64,000 nucleotides of DNA, from positions 2,170-66,169 of the forward strand of contig VGFC01000003.1 of the NCBI GenBank assembly GCA_016869045.1, given 5' to 3'. The position numbers and the translations under genes are program-made. Below the pieces are notes generated by a model that did no database searches, was not told the origin of the DNA, and saw only the letters and a list, made by a program, of their open reading frames with translations. Of this stretch, positions 53,679 to 63,811 are shown piece after piece; positions within the stretch are counted from its first letter, which is position 1, and each line of letters begins with the position of its first letter. Source of the stretch: Armatimonadota bacterium. Its GTDB lineage: Bacteria; Armatimonadota; Zipacnadia; Zipacnadales; VGFC01.

Positions 53679-54998
53679 TTACGCCTTCGTTGCCGCCTTC
53701 ATCGCGGCTTCGAGGATGTCGAGCCCCTCGCGCATCTGCTCGGCGGTGATGACCAGCGGCGGCGCGATTCGGATGACGTTACCGTACATCCCAATCGGCG
53801 CGATGAGACACAGGCCGCGCAGGTACGCCTCGTGGACGATCCGCTTGGTCAACGCCTTGTCCGGCGCCTTGGTCTTGCGGTCGGCGACCATCTCGATCCC
53901 GAACACGAGGCCCTGCCCGCGCACATCGCCGATCTGCTTGATCCGCTTCTGCATCTTCGCGAAGCGCTCGCCCATCTGCGCACCGAGGTCGGCTGCGTGT
54001 TCGTGGAGGCGCTCCCGCTCAATGATGTCAATGGCGGCAAGGGCCGCGCGGCAGGACATCGGGTTGCCGCCGTTGGTGCTGGACAGCTCGCCGGGCTGCA
54101 GCACATCCATGATCTCATGCCGCCCGAGCACCGCCGCGCACGGGATGCCGCTCCCCAGGCCCTTCGCGAGGCACACGAGGTCGGGCTCGATCCCGTAGTG
54201 CTCCATCGCGAACATCTTCCCCGTGCGCCCGAATGATGACTGCACCTCATCGAGGATGAAGTACAGCCCCTTCGCCTTCGCCCAGGCGAACAGCTTCTCC
54301 ATGTACCCCGGCGGCGGGATGATCGAGCCCGCGCCGCCCTGGTAGGGTTCCGTGATCACCGCGCACAGCGCCCCGTCGGACTCCTTGCTGATGACCCAGT
54401 CGAGGTGATCGAGGCACCACAGCCCGCAGCTCGGGTAGTCCTTGTCGAACACGCAGCGGTAGCAGTAGCAGAACGGCGCGTGGATGATCCCGGGCAGCAG
54501 CGGCCCGAAGCCCTTCTTCACTCCCGCCGACCCGCCGAAGCTCATCGCCCCGAACGTCCGCCCGTGGAACGCGCCGTGGAACGCGAGGACCTCGTAGCCC
54601 CCGTGCGCCCGGCGGGCCATCTTCACTGCCGCCTCGGTCGCCTCCGAGCCAGTCGTCAGCAGGAAGCACTTGTCCAAGTGGGGCGGCGTCATCGCCACGA
54701 GCTTCTCGGCCAACGCCACGCGCTCCGCCGTCGGGAAGTCATAGCAGTTGTAGAGCCGCTCGGCCTGGTCCTGCACCGCCGCCACGTACTCAGGATGGCA
54801 GTGCCCGATGTTCGTCACCAGCACCCCGCTGGAGAAGTCCAGGAACACGTTCCCATCCACATCCCCGATCTCACACCCATGCGCCTTCGCCCACACCAGC
54901 GGCGCCTGGTCGCTCATCGAGTTGGGCTCGAAGGCCTTGGACTGCTTGAGGAGTGCCCGCGCCTTCGGGCCGGGCAGCTTCGTCCTGATGTTCGGCAT
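53679..54998 (-). CDS. Class-III (aminotransferase family) PLP-dependent aminotransferase
   Basis: LLTTGSEATEAAVKMAR, ILDEVQSSFGRTGKMFA (PLP-lysine block), overall GABA-AT/AcOAT-like. Confidence 0.8.
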   Translation of the reverse strand: MPNIRTKLPGPKARALLKQSKAFEPNSMSDQAPLVWAKAHGCEIGDVDGNVFLDFSSGVLVTNIGHCHPEYVAAVQDQAERLYNCYDFPTAERVALAEKLVAMTPPHLDKCFLLTTGSEATEAAVKMARRAHGGYEVLAFHGAFHGRTFGAMSFGGSAGVKKGFGPLLPGIIHAPFCYCYRCVFDKDYPSCGLWCLDHLDWVISKESDGALCAVITEPYQGGAGSIIPPPGYMEKLFAWAKAKGLYFILDEVQSSFGRTGKMFAMEHYGIEPDLVCLAKGLGSGIPCAAVLGRHEIMDVLQPGELSSTNGGNPMSCRAALAAIDIIERERLHEHAADLGAQMGERFAKMQKRIKQIGDVRGQGLVFGIEMVADRKTKAPDKALTKRIVHEAYLRGLCLIAPIGMYGNVIRIAPPLVITAEQMREGLDILEAAMKAATKA

Positions 54999-55224
54999 TG
55001 CGCGATACCTCGGGAGTTCAGGAGATCAGGAGTTCCGGAGCTGCGGAGTTCAGGATAACGGCGACGCCTTCGCCGTAGGAGCGCGGACGCCCTCGTCCGC
55101 TGCTGTGGCGGGAGGTGAGTCGTTGGTGTACGGCACGGCAACCGCCACCACCTCGAAGCCACCACCAACCAATCCAGCGGACGAGGGCGTCCGCGCTCCC
55201 ACACAACGACAACGACGTGCCGTC

Positions 55225-55806
55225 CTACGACGAATGCGCTCTCGTGTAGATGACGCCCCACCACTTACGCGTCTGCTCGCTCAGGCTGGCCAGCCCGAGC
55301 GTCAGTTGACGCAGCTCCTCCCAGTCCTGGCGGGTCAGCCCAGGCGGGATGAGGATGCGGCCACCGTCAGACCGCACGTCCAGCCGACCGAAGGGCGCGG
55401 TGACCCCCGAGAGTGGCGCCACCACCCGGAGTTCCCGGACCTCGGTCCAGAAGGCGCGGTGCTGCCGACCCCGTCCGTCCGTGAATGCCAGGCCGACGCG
55501 GCTCACAAGCACAAACCCTCGGCGTAGGAGGTGAAGCGTATCGACGAAGTTGCGGACGGCGGTGGCCGCAATGGCCAGCCAGATCAGGATCAGGGCCCCC
55601 AGGGCCAAGTCCCACCAGAGGTTCCCGAACGGCACCGGCGAGCCCGCCAAGGCTTGTGTCTGCACCACGAGCCAGCCCCAGAAGCCGATGTTGAAGGCGG
55701 CCGCGAGGACGCCGATGGGGAAGCGCCACAGCTGCCGGCGCAAGCCCGCGAACGTGAACTCGCGGTCAGGCCCCAAGTCGGCGAGACTCCCAGCCCAGGC
55801 GCTCAT
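55225..55806 (-). CDS. Membrane protein (2 N-terminal TM + bPH-like C-terminal domain), paralog A
   Basis: Start at ATG 55806 overlapping the stop of paralog B (ATGA). Confidence 0.4.
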   Translation of the reverse strand: MSAWAGSLADLGPDREFTFAGLRRQLWRFPIGVLAAAFNIGFWGWLVVQTQALAGSPVPFGNLWWDLALGALILIWLAIAATAVRNFVDTLHLLRRGFVLVSRVGLAFTDGRGRQHRAFWTEVRELRVVAPLSGVTAPFGRLDVRSDGGRILIPPGLTRQDWEELRQLTLGLASLSEQTRKWWGVIYTRAHSS

Positions 55807-56354
55807 CCTGTCGGCCTCGTGTACAGCGTGCCCCACCGCCTGGGCCTCTGCTCGGTTAGCCCGGAGTGTTGGACGATAGCGGCGATCAGGTGTCGCTTGT
55901 CCTGGACAGAGCCGTCGATCACGACCCGACGCTTGCCGCTGCGCAACTCGAATACCGCGTCGCACGCCAGCCGATCCTTGTCCAGGCCGGTGTACAACCC
56001 GTCGATCTCGGGCCAGAACAGGCGCTCCTGGCGACCGCGCCAGTCGCAGGCAAGAACCCCCACCCGAGTCAGCACGACACGCCCACGGCGGAGCAGCAGC
56101 ACACCGCGGACGAGGGCGTACCCCGAGACGGTTCCCCAGAGGGCAAGCACCAGCCCGATGCCCATCAGCGCGCAGGCGACCGCGGGCCCAGGCGGCACCC
56201 CTCCGGTCCCCCAGACACGCGCCAGTAGCACGGTCGCGGGGAGCACAAGCACCGGCACAGCCGCCGCCAGGGACACGAGGCCAAGGAGCCCGTTCAGGAA
56301 CGGTGACCAGTGGTCCACCTGGAACCGTAACTCGCGATCCCCTCCCAGCTCCAT
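55803..56354 (-). CDS. Membrane protein, paralog B of 55225..55806
   Basis: Start at MELGGDRELRFQVDHW (ATG 56354); same N-TM/C-terminal R.G.V....VG....DGRGRQ...FW.E...L pattern as paralog A. Confidence 0.4.
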   Translation of the reverse strand: MELGGDRELRFQVDHWSPFLNGLLGLVSLAAAVPVLVLPATVLLARVWGTGGVPPGPAVACALMGIGLVLALWGTVSGYALVRGVLLLRRGRVVLTRVGVLACDWRGRQERLFWPEIDGLYTGLDKDRLACDAVFELRSGKRRVVIDGSVQDKRHLIAAIVQHSGLTEQRPRRWGTLYTRPTG

Positions 56355-56367
56355 AGTCCGGCCTCCT

Positions 56368-57435
56368 CTACAACTCCACAATCCCCCCCGCCTCCAGGCT
56401 TCGGTGCACGCCCGCCGCGATCCGCGTAGCTTCCAGGCCATCGACGCCAGACGGATAGGGCGCCAGCTCGCCGAGCTTCGCGCCGTCGAGGAGGACGTTC
56501 ACGTTCTCGGCGAAGTCGGCGATGGAGGTGATGCCGTAGCCGTCGAAGACCTCGCGGCCCTGCTTGTCGATGCGGGGGCGCAGGAAGCTCATGTTGTGGG
56601 TGGCCATGCCGAGGCCCTCGCAGCAAGAACCCGTGCCGCGATCCTGCGAGTCGCACTCGATCAGGCCCTTCTCGCCGACGAGACGGATGCCCTGGTTCAC
56701 GATGGCCTCGAAGCCGTCCGGCAGGATCCAGGCGGTATCGAACGTGACGCACGCGCCGCAGTCGAACTCGACCTTCGCCTGGATGGAGTCCCAGGTGTCT
56801 ACGCCCAGGCTCTGCAGCTTCCCCTTGCAGCCGGTCGCCCAGACGCGCACGCCGTTAGCGTGCAGCAGGAAGCGCGTGAGGTCGTAGAAGTGGATTCCCA
56901 GGAACCACGCGGGCGACGAGTTGCGCGCCCAGTTGGGAAACCAGTCGCGCGGCACCTCGATCCGGTCCTCCATGTGCGAGTACCCGTACTGCACCTTGCC
57001 GATGTCCCCTGCAACGATCTTGCGCCTCATCTCCAGGTGGTACTCGTCGAAGCGCTTGTGGAAGTCCACCTGCAGGAGCACGTCGTTCTGCGCGCAGGCG
57101 TCGATCATCTGTTGGCACCCAGCGACGGTCACATCGAGTGGCTTCTCGCAGAGGATGTGCTTGCCCGCCTCGGCGCAGGTGATGACGATGTCCTTGTGCA
57201 GCGGGTCGGGCGTGACGACGGTGACGCCGTCAAGCTGCTCCTTCTCCAGCATCTCCCGATAGTCCGTGTAGACCGGCATCCCGAACTCGGCCTGACGCTC
57301 AGCGAGCAGCTTCTCGTTGATGTCCGCCGCCGCGACCAGCTCGGCGACGCCGAGATACCCAAGCTGCCGGAAGCAGCGCAGGTGGTTGATCCCAAACGTC
57401 CCGACACCGATGACTCCGATCCGTGCTTGTGCCAA
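56368..57435 (-). CDS. Gfo/Idh/MocA-family NAD(P)-dependent oxidoreductase
   Basis: Rossmann motif RIGVIGVGTFG, EKPL block; TTG start at 57435 with AAGGAGG RBS 6 nt upstream. Confidence 0.75.
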   Translation of the reverse strand: MAQARIGVIGVGTFGINHLRCFRQLGYLGVAELVAAADINEKLLAERQAEFGMPVYTDYREMLEKEQLDGVTVVTPDPLHKDIVITCAEAGKHILCEKPLDVTVAGCQQMIDACAQNDVLLQVDFHKRFDEYHLEMRRKIVAGDIGKVQYGYSHMEDRIEVPRDWFPNWARNSSPAWFLGIHFYDLTRFLLHANGVRVWATGCKGKLQSLGVDTWDSIQAKVEFDCGACVTFDTAWILPDGFEAIVNQGIRLVGEKGLIECDSQDRGTGSCCEGLGMATHNMSFLRPRIDKQGREVFDGYGITSIADFAENVNVLLDGAKLGELAPYPSGVDGLEATRIAAGVHRSLEAGGIVEL

Positions 57436-57505
57436 CGTGGTCCTCCTTGAAGGCAGTGCGAAGCGCGAAGTGCGAAGTGCTGAGCAAGACAACGGCACGT
57501 CAACG

Positions 57506-60397
57506 TCACGGGCGCGCGGCCTGGATGACTCGGTCCACCAACCCGCCCGGCTTGCAGGGCCCGTCCACGGTCTGTCCGGCGAGGGCGGCGGGCAGCGACC
57601 AGAGCATCATGTCCTGGTAGTAGTCGTTGCCGAAGGTCCGCTCGCCGGTATCGACGTCGCCGCGCATAATGTTAGGCATGTCCCACGTGTAGCCCTGCCG
57701 GCAGACGATGTTGTGCCAGGCCTTGCGCGCGAGTTCCAGGCCGAAGTCGCGCTCGCCGTAGTACATGTACGTCATCGCGAGCATCAACAGCTCGGGCGGG
57801 AAGTAGCTGTACGCGCCGTAGCCGCCCGGGTTCGCGACGGTGCCGTCCGGGTTCGCGTAGTTCACGGCGCCGTACTTCGTGACCGCCGCGTTGCAGCGCT
57901 TCACCGTGTCCATGACGGTGTGGATGCGCTCCTCGGGCAGCGCGGGCGTCAGGCCGTGGTGAGCGATGACCCACTCGCCGTCGAGCTGATAGCCGAACAC
58001 GAGGTCCGACCGCCGACCGGTCTCAGGCTCCAGGTAGTTCAGGTAGTAGCCGCGCTCGTCCCAGAGGCGCTGCTCCATGGCCTGCTGCGCGGCGGCGATC
58101 CACTCGGCGCACTGGCGCTCGAAGTCCGTGTCGCCCACCTCGCGCGCCATGCGCTCGACGATGCGCAGCTCCGCGAGGTGCAGGCCGCCGATATGCGCCG
58201 TCATGCCCGCCCAACCGGGTTCCGGGGCCTCGAACCACTCGGTACCCTCGTTCCCGTCGGGCATCGAGATGATCCTCTCCCCGATGGAGTAGGACGGCGT
58301 GGAGCGCAGGGCGACGGTGTGGGAGACGCTGCGCTTCATCATCGGGTACAGCTCGCGGAGGTACGCGTGGTCGGGCGTATCGCGGCAGAGGAGGAAGCGG
58401 TCCACGATCCCCGCGAGGCTGATCCCGTTCGAGGCGAACTGATACCCGCGCGTGGGGCAGGCGAAGTCGATGGGCGGCGTGCTCCCCGTGCAACCGCCGA
58501 AGATCCACGGCGGCGCGCCATCGGGAAGCTGGTAGCCCTGATAGCCGCGGATGGTCGAGAGCTGAAGCTCCGGGAAGAAGTACGCGAGCGGCAGGCTGCC
58601 GTAGAAGCTGCAGGGGATGCACTCGATCTGCGGGCAGCCGCGCGGGCACTCGTTCATGCCGAACAGGCCGTCCTCCTCGCGCACCCAGTCCGGCAGCGGC
58701 GCCTGCTTCTGCGCCCAATACCCGTCCTCGGCGATCATGTAGAGCACGTTGATGAGCGAGTCGCGCAGCCACGGCGGAAGCGACTGCTCGGCGTAGACCA
58801 CCTGCTGCCAGGCGATGACGCGGAGGAGGAGGCGCTGCCTGTCCCGCGCCAGCCGCTTCGCCGTCTCGCCCGCGTCGGGGTAGTGCCGAGCGTACATGTG
58901 GGTGAAGGTGTTGCCCGCCGGCGAGGCATTGAAGCCGCCGCCCTTCCATGTCGGCGCACACCACGACAGCACGAAGGGCACCACGCGGCTCTCGCCCGGC
59001 GCGAGCCGGAAGTCCACGGCTACCGTCGCACCGGCGTCGTCGTCGCGCGGCTCGGGCAACGTCTCACCGGCCGCCGACCATGCCGACCGGCGTGCTCCCA
59101 GGCCCCCGCCGATACGGACGTTCCCCTCGCCCGCGACGGTTAGTGCATACGAGGCGAGAGGACCGTGGACATGAACGCCTCGGCAAGCGCCGCTCACGGC
59201 GTCCCGCGTGAAGCTCGCCGCGCCCGCCTCGTCCGGCGTAGGACCGGGGAATGTGAGGAGGACCGTGCCTTGCTGGGGCTCTGGGCCCGGGTTGCGCCGG
59301 TGCGCCTCGAAGACAGCGCCGGGCATCATCGAGTCCACGACATCGCCGGGGAGGAACGGCGACCACGCACGCAGGCCCACCTGCACGGGCGCATCGGTCT
59401 CGAACTCGATGTCCGCGATGGGGTAGTGACCCCAATAGTGCACCTCGGTCGCCTGGCGGAGCGGACTGCCGGGCCCGAACAGCGCCGCCGGGGCCGCCGG
59501 GCGGCCGGTCGAGTCGTAGGTCCACGGCCCGTTCGGGTTCTGCTCGTCGCTCCAGTCCCGTGCCACATCCCATGTCTGGCCGCCGGCGCTCAGCGTCAGG
59601 TCGATGCCGACGTAGTCGCCGAACGTGCCGATCCGCGTCAGCACGAGTTCGAGCACATCGCCTTCCTCGACCCGCAGACTCAGGGCTTGCGCGCCGCCGC
59701 TCCCCGTCTCAAAGCCTTGCGGCTGCGCCGAGGTCGGGCCCCAGCGCAACTCGCCCTTGGTCAGCGTGAGGCCGTTCCTGCGTAGCTCCCAATTCTGCGG
59801 CCGGTCGAGGTCGCGGGTGAGCCACAAACCTCCGGAGATGGTCAGCGCTCCCGACACGGGGCTGGTCCACCGCAGCACACCCTCGCTGTGGCAGATCACG
59901 CGCCCCGCGGGCATGTCGAAGGGCGCCTCGCCCACGCTCCTGAACCACGCCGGGAGCTGCGTCGGCGAGGGCGCCCACAGGCGCTGATGCGCGCCGAGAT
60001 CGGGCTGAAGCTGCCAGGAGGTCAGCGGCTGCAGGCCTGTCTCAACGGTGCCCGGTGCATGGCACAGCACCCACGTCGCGCCGCCGACACTCAGGCCCAG
60101 GAAGGGTAAGCCCAGCGGCCCGCGCCGGGGCACGTGGGAGTTGAACAGCGTGCAGTACCCGAGCAGCCCGCTCGTCTCCAGGTCCAGGCAGCCCGTGTCC
60201 ACGCCGCCCACCGGCATCCCGTTCGTGGCAGGGCTCGCGGTCCGGTAGATGACGCCGCACACCCGCTCGCGATAGGCCGCCGCGCGGAACTGACACCACT
60301 CGCCGCCCGGGAGGTCGATCGGGAAGAGCCTCTGTGCATCTGCGTGGCTCATGGTCAGACACCCCAGCAGAAGCAGTGGCAACCGGCCGCCTCGCAT
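57506..60397 (-). CDS. Secreted GH116-like (GBA2/non-lysosomal glucosylceramidase-type, DUF608) glycoside hydrolase
   Basis: Start at ATG 60397 (MRGGRLPLLLLGCLTMSHADA signal); N-terminal GH116_N-like beta-sandwich and C-terminal (alpha/alpha)6 catalytic region with conserved W/Y-rich blocks. Confidence 0.6.
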   Translation of the reverse strand: MRGGRLPLLLLGCLTMSHADAQRLFPIDLPGGEWCQFRAAAYRERVCGVIYRTASPATNGMPVGGVDTGCLDLETSGLLGYCTLFNSHVPRRGPLGLPFLGLSVGGATWVLCHAPGTVETGLQPLTSWQLQPDLGAHQRLWAPSPTQLPAWFRSVGEAPFDMPAGRVICHSEGVLRWTSPVSGALTISGGLWLTRDLDRPQNWELRRNGLTLTKGELRWGPTSAQPQGFETGSGGAQALSLRVEEGDVLELVLTRIGTFGDYVGIDLTLSAGGQTWDVARDWSDEQNPNGPWTYDSTGRPAAPAALFGPGSPLRQATEVHYWGHYPIADIEFETDAPVQVGLRAWSPFLPGDVVDSMMPGAVFEAHRRNPGPEPQQGTVLLTFPGPTPDEAGAASFTRDAVSGACRGVHVHGPLASYALTVAGEGNVRIGGGLGARRSAWSAAGETLPEPRDDDAGATVAVDFRLAPGESRVVPFVLSWCAPTWKGGGFNASPAGNTFTHMYARHYPDAGETAKRLARDRQRLLLRVIAWQQVVYAEQSLPPWLRDSLINVLYMIAEDGYWAQKQAPLPDWVREEDGLFGMNECPRGCPQIECIPCSFYGSLPLAYFFPELQLSTIRGYQGYQLPDGAPPWIFGGCTGSTPPIDFACPTRGYQFASNGISLAGIVDRFLLCRDTPDHAYLRELYPMMKRSVSHTVALRSTPSYSIGERIISMPDGNEGTEWFEAPEPGWAGMTAHIGGLHLAELRIVERMAREVGDTDFERQCAEWIAAAQQAMEQRLWDERGYYLNYLEPETGRRSDLVFGYQLDGEWVIAHHGLTPALPEERIHTVMDTVKRCNAAVTKYGAVNYANPDGTVANPGGYGAYSYFPPELLMLAMTYMYYGERDFGLELARKAWHNIVCRQGYTWDMPNIMRGDVDTGERTFGNDYYQDMMLWSLPAALAGQTVDGPCKPGGLVDRVIQAARP

Positions 60398-60407
60398 GTC
60401 TCCGCTC

Positions 60408-61658
60408 CTACGCAGTCCCACACCACTGCGCAATGCCCAGCGCCAAGGCCTTCGCGCCGGTGAGAACCTCGTCGATTCCGATGCTCTCGCCCGCGGCGTG
60501 CGCCTGACGGATGTCGGAGGGGCCGAAGACGACGGTCGGCAGGTCGGCGAGGCACTTGTAGAGCCGCGCATCGCAGCTTACATTCCAGCCGAAGACCTCG
60601 CTCGGCAGACCCAGCTCCCGACACGCGCCGTGCAGCGTGACCGGCAGCGGATGGTCGGCGGGGATCTGGTAGGCGTCGTTGTGGAGCTTGGGGAACTCGA
60701 GCTTGAAGTGCTCCCTCAGCCACTCGTCATCAGTCTGCATGACCGCGTCCCAGAGGTCGCGCTTGATGTCGGCCATGCGCGTGTTGGGGAGGAAGCCGAC
60801 CCCGCCTTGCAGTACGCACTCGCCGGCGACCATCGACGGCCAGCCGCCGGCCTGGATCGTGCCAAGGCAAAGCTGCACGGGGTTCGCATACTTCGCGAAC
60901 ATCGGTTGGCCCTGGCTCGCCGCGATCAGGCGCTCCTCGTATTGCAGCATCAGTCGGGTCGCTTCCATCATCTTCTCAATCGCGTTGACACCCTCGTGGC
61001 GGCGGCCCATGTGCAGGCTCTTCCCGTAGGTCGTCGCGCGGAACCAGATCGCGCCGCGGTTTGCGGGGTGAATCTGCAGGTCCGTGCCCTCGAGCACGAT
61101 GACGCCGTCTGCCGCGCAGCCCTGGCGGATCAGCGCGAGCGCGCCGTTGCCGCCGACCTCCTCCTCGATGACCACCTGACACTCCACGTCGCCCGCGAGC
61201 TTCACGCCGAGGTCGTCGAGCGCCTTGAGCGCGCAGAGCATCGTGACGATCTGGCCCTTGCAGTCCGTCGCGCCGCGACCGATGATCCGGTTGCCCTCGA
61301 TGACCGGCTCGAAGGCCTGCTCCCACTCGCCGGCGGGGATGACGTCCGCGTGGGTCTGCAGGATGGCGCTGCGCCCGCCGCCCGTTCCCTCGCGCGTGGC
61401 AACGAGGTTGCAGCGGCCCTCGTAGGGCTGCTCGAAGTCGCCGTGGGAGTACTCCTCGTCCTCGAAGATCGAGTCGGGGATCGCGCGGTACTCGCCCGGC
61501 CAGCCGGCCTGCTCGAAGAGGTCCTTCACGTGCGCCTGAACTTCGCGCTCCTGGCCCTGCGTGCTCTCGAAGCGGATCAGGGCGGGGAGGGTCTCAACGA
61601 CGAAGCTCCGGTATGAGTCGATGGTTGCGGCAAGCTCGGACAACGCAATGTCGGCCAA
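60408..61658 (-). CDS. M20-family metallopeptidase (ArgE/DapE-like deacylase)
   Basis: TTG start at 61658 (LADIALSEL...) with [13 protein letters not shown]; HADVIPAG, GRGATDCKGQ, EEEVGGNG metal-binding blocks. Confidence 0.7.
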   Translation of the reverse strand: MADIALSELAATIDSYRSFVVETLPALIRFESTQGQEREVQAHVKDLFEQAGWPGEYRAIPDSIFEDEEYSHGDFEQPYEGRCNLVATREGTGGGRSAILQTHADVIPAGEWEQAFEPVIEGNRIIGRGATDCKGQIVTMLCALKALDDLGVKLAGDVECQVVIEEEVGGNGALALIRQGCAADGVIVLEGTDLQIHPANRGAIWFRATTYGKSLHMGRRHEGVNAIEKMMEATRLMLQYEERLIAASQGQPMFAKYANPVQLCLGTIQAGGWPSMVAGECVLQGGVGFLPNTRMADIKRDLWDAVMQTDDEWLREHFKLEFPKLHNDAYQIPADHPLPVTLHGACRELGLPSEVFGWNVSCDARLYKCLADLPTVVFGPSDIRQAHAAGESIGIDEVLTGAKALALGIAQWCGTA

Positions 61659-61672
61659 TGGGCACCTTCCCT

Positions 61673-62629
61673 TCAGGACAATGCGCGCGTGACGGATGCG
61701 CCCTTGAGGCAGACGTCGAGGGTCTTCGTCTCCGCCTTCACGCCGACGTTCGCCAGGGCTCGCACCATCGCCTCGGCGATGGCCTCTTCCCGCTCGTGGG
61801 CAAAGGCGATGATCGTGGGGCCGGAGCCGCTGAGGCACGCGCCGAGAGCGCCGGCTTCGAGCGCCGCGCGAATCGCCTCGTCCATGCCGGGCACGAGATG
61901 CGCGCGATACGGCTGATGCAGGCGGTCCTCCATCGCGGCCCGGAGAGCGTCGTACCGACCCGTGGCGAAGGCTGCCACCACGGCGCCAGCATGGCCCACG
62001 TTCAGGACCGCATCGAGGCGCGGCACCGAAGCCGGCAGGGCGCGGCGCGCTTGCTCGGTCTCGACCTCGTAGTCGGGGATCGCCACCACCGTGCGGGGCG
62101 GGTCCACGGGGTCGAGACGCAGGCAACCCGTGCCCTCGCCCGCCGCGTAACACACCGTGAGTCCACCCAGCAGCGCGGGCGCTACGTTGTCCGGGTGCCC
62201 CTCGATGGCGACGGCGACGGCGAGAAGATCATCCTGCGAGAGCGGCCTACCGAGTAGCTCATTCGCCGCGACACATCCGCCGACGATCGCCGCCGAACTG
62301 CTGCCGAGGCCTCGCGCAAGAGGAATCGCATTCACCTGGCGCACGTCGACCGGCGGCAGCCTCACCCCGGCGCGCTCCGCGACTGCCGCCATCGCGCGGC
62401 GCACGAGGTTCTGCTCATCGCGGGGGAGCACATCGGCGCTCTCCCCCTCAACCTCATGCCCCAGTTCCCCTCTCCCGGAGGGAGAGGGGCTAGGGGTGAG
62501 GCCAACCACCTCCACCGTGTTGAACAGCCCCAGCGCGAGGCCTAGGCTATCGAACCCCGGGCCGAGGTTCGCGGCGGTCGCGGGCACTCTCACACACACG
62601 CGGTCAAGCCGCCCCGGTTGGCCGTTCAC
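61673..62629 (-). CDS. thrB: Homoserine kinase (GHMP kinase)
   Basis: PATAANLGPGFDSLGLAL and PLARGLGSSSAAIVGG GHMP motifs. Confidence 0.8.
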   Translation of the reverse strand: MNGQPGRLDRVCVRVPATAANLGPGFDSLGLALGLFNTVEVVGLTPSPSPSGRGELGHEVEGESADVLPRDEQNLVRRAMAAVAERAGVRLPPVDVRQVNAIPLARGLGSSSAAIVGGCVAANELLGRPLSQDDLLAVAVAIEGHPDNVAPALLGGLTVCYAAGEGTGCLRLDPVDPPRTVVAIPDYEVETEQARRALPASVPRLDAVLNVGHAGAVVAAFATGRYDALRAAMEDRLHQPYRAHLVPGMDEAIRAALEAGALGACLSGSGPTIIAFAHEREEAIAEAMVRALANVGVKAETKTLDVCLKGASVTRALS

Positions 62630-63741
62630 GATTCACCGCCATGGTAGATTCTCGGCAGACGCGGGCCGAGGCGAGTGGGGATTTCGTGGGGGATCGTCCC
62701 CGCGCGTTGCGCGAGCTCCTCGACCGACACGCGCTCATCGCCCTGTCGGCCAATCAGCACGACCTCGTCGCCCGGTCGTACGCCCGGCAGACCGGTCACA
62801 TCCACGGTGATCGAGTCCATGTTGACCGCGCCCACGACGCGCGCGCGCCGGCCCCCGATCAGCACGTCCCCCACGCCCGAGAGGGCCGGCGGGTAGCCGT
62901 CGCCATAGCCCACGGGCACCAGCGCAATCGTGCTGTCGCGCTCCACCCGATACCGACGGCCGTAGCCTACCGTGCACCCCGGCGGCAGCGTCTTCACCTC
63001 CGCGATTCGTGAGACGAGCCGCAGGGCGGGCTCGACGGCAGGCATCTCGGCCTCGGGCATGCCCGGGTTCACGCCGTAGAGGATGGCGCCCGGCCGCACG
63101 AGATCGAAGCGGGCCTCTGGCAGGCGAACCAGTCCCGCGCTGTTGGCGGTGTGGCGGACCAGTGCCTCGTGCGGCAGCGCCGCGAGAGCCCGGCGGAAGT
63201 TCGCAAGCTGCTCCCGGGCGAAGGGCAGGTCGGCGCTCTCCGCCGTGGCGAAGTGCGAGTAGACGCCTGTCAGGCGCACGGGGCCTCGGTGCATCTGTTC
63301 GGCAAGGCCGGCGACCTCGCCAACCTCCACCCCCATGCGGCACATGCCGGTGTTGATCTTCAGGTGCACGTCGATGGTGAGGTCGGAGTTCGCGAGCTGC
63401 GCAGCGACAGAGCGCAGGTCGCCCTCGCTGCCCAGGCCGACGGTGATCCCGTCGCGCGCAAGGGAGGCCGCCTCGGACGCAGGAGGTGGACCAAGGGTGA
63501 GGATCCGGCCGGCGATCCCCTCCGCCCTCAGTGCCAGAGCCTCCTCGCCGCGCGCGACGGCAAGACCCCAGACTCCCGGCTGCCCGTGGACAGCCCGGGC
63601 GACCTCCACCTGACCGTGGCCGTACGCGTTGGCTTTGACCACCGGCGCGATCTGGGTGACGGGGCCGCTGATCTCTCGCAAGGTCGCAAGGTTGCGTTGG
63701 ATGGCCCCGAGATCGACCTCGACCCAGGCTTGGTGCATCAT
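62626..63741 (-). CDS. alr: Alanine racemase
   Basis: PLP-binding motif VKANAYGHG near N-terminus; 4-nt overlap with thrB. Confidence 0.85.
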   Translation of the reverse strand: MMHQAWVEVDLGAIQRNLATLREISGPVTQIAPVVKANAYGHGQVEVARAVHGQPGVWGLAVARGEEALALRAEGIAGRILTLGPPPASEAASLARDGITVGLGSEGDLRSVAAQLANSDLTIDVHLKINTGMCRMGVEVGEVAGLAEQMHRGPVRLTGVYSHFATAESADLPFAREQLANFRRALAALPHEALVRHTANSAGLVRLPEARFDLVRPGAILYGVNPGMPEAEMPAVEPALRLVSRIAEVKTLPPGCTVGYGRRYRVERDSTIALVPVGYGDGYPPALSGVGDVLIGGRRARVVGAVNMDSITVDVTGLPGVRPGDEVVLIGRQGDERVSVEELAQRAGTIPHEIPTRLGPRLPRIYHGGES

Positions 63742-63811
63742 GGTTGGCGATGTGTCGAAGCTGGCGCTTCGACCTACGGCAGCGTTGTAGGACGGAGCGC
63801 CCGCTCCGTCA

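Noticed and set aside
62467-62489. 23-bp perfect palindrome cccctctccc-gga-gggagagggg inside thrB encoding SPSPSGRGE
   Set aside because: It is short, GC-rich, and the region aligns as a normal variable loop of homoserine kinase without a clear insertion relative to E. coli ThrB. It is likely a chance or compositional palindrome, not a mobile element.
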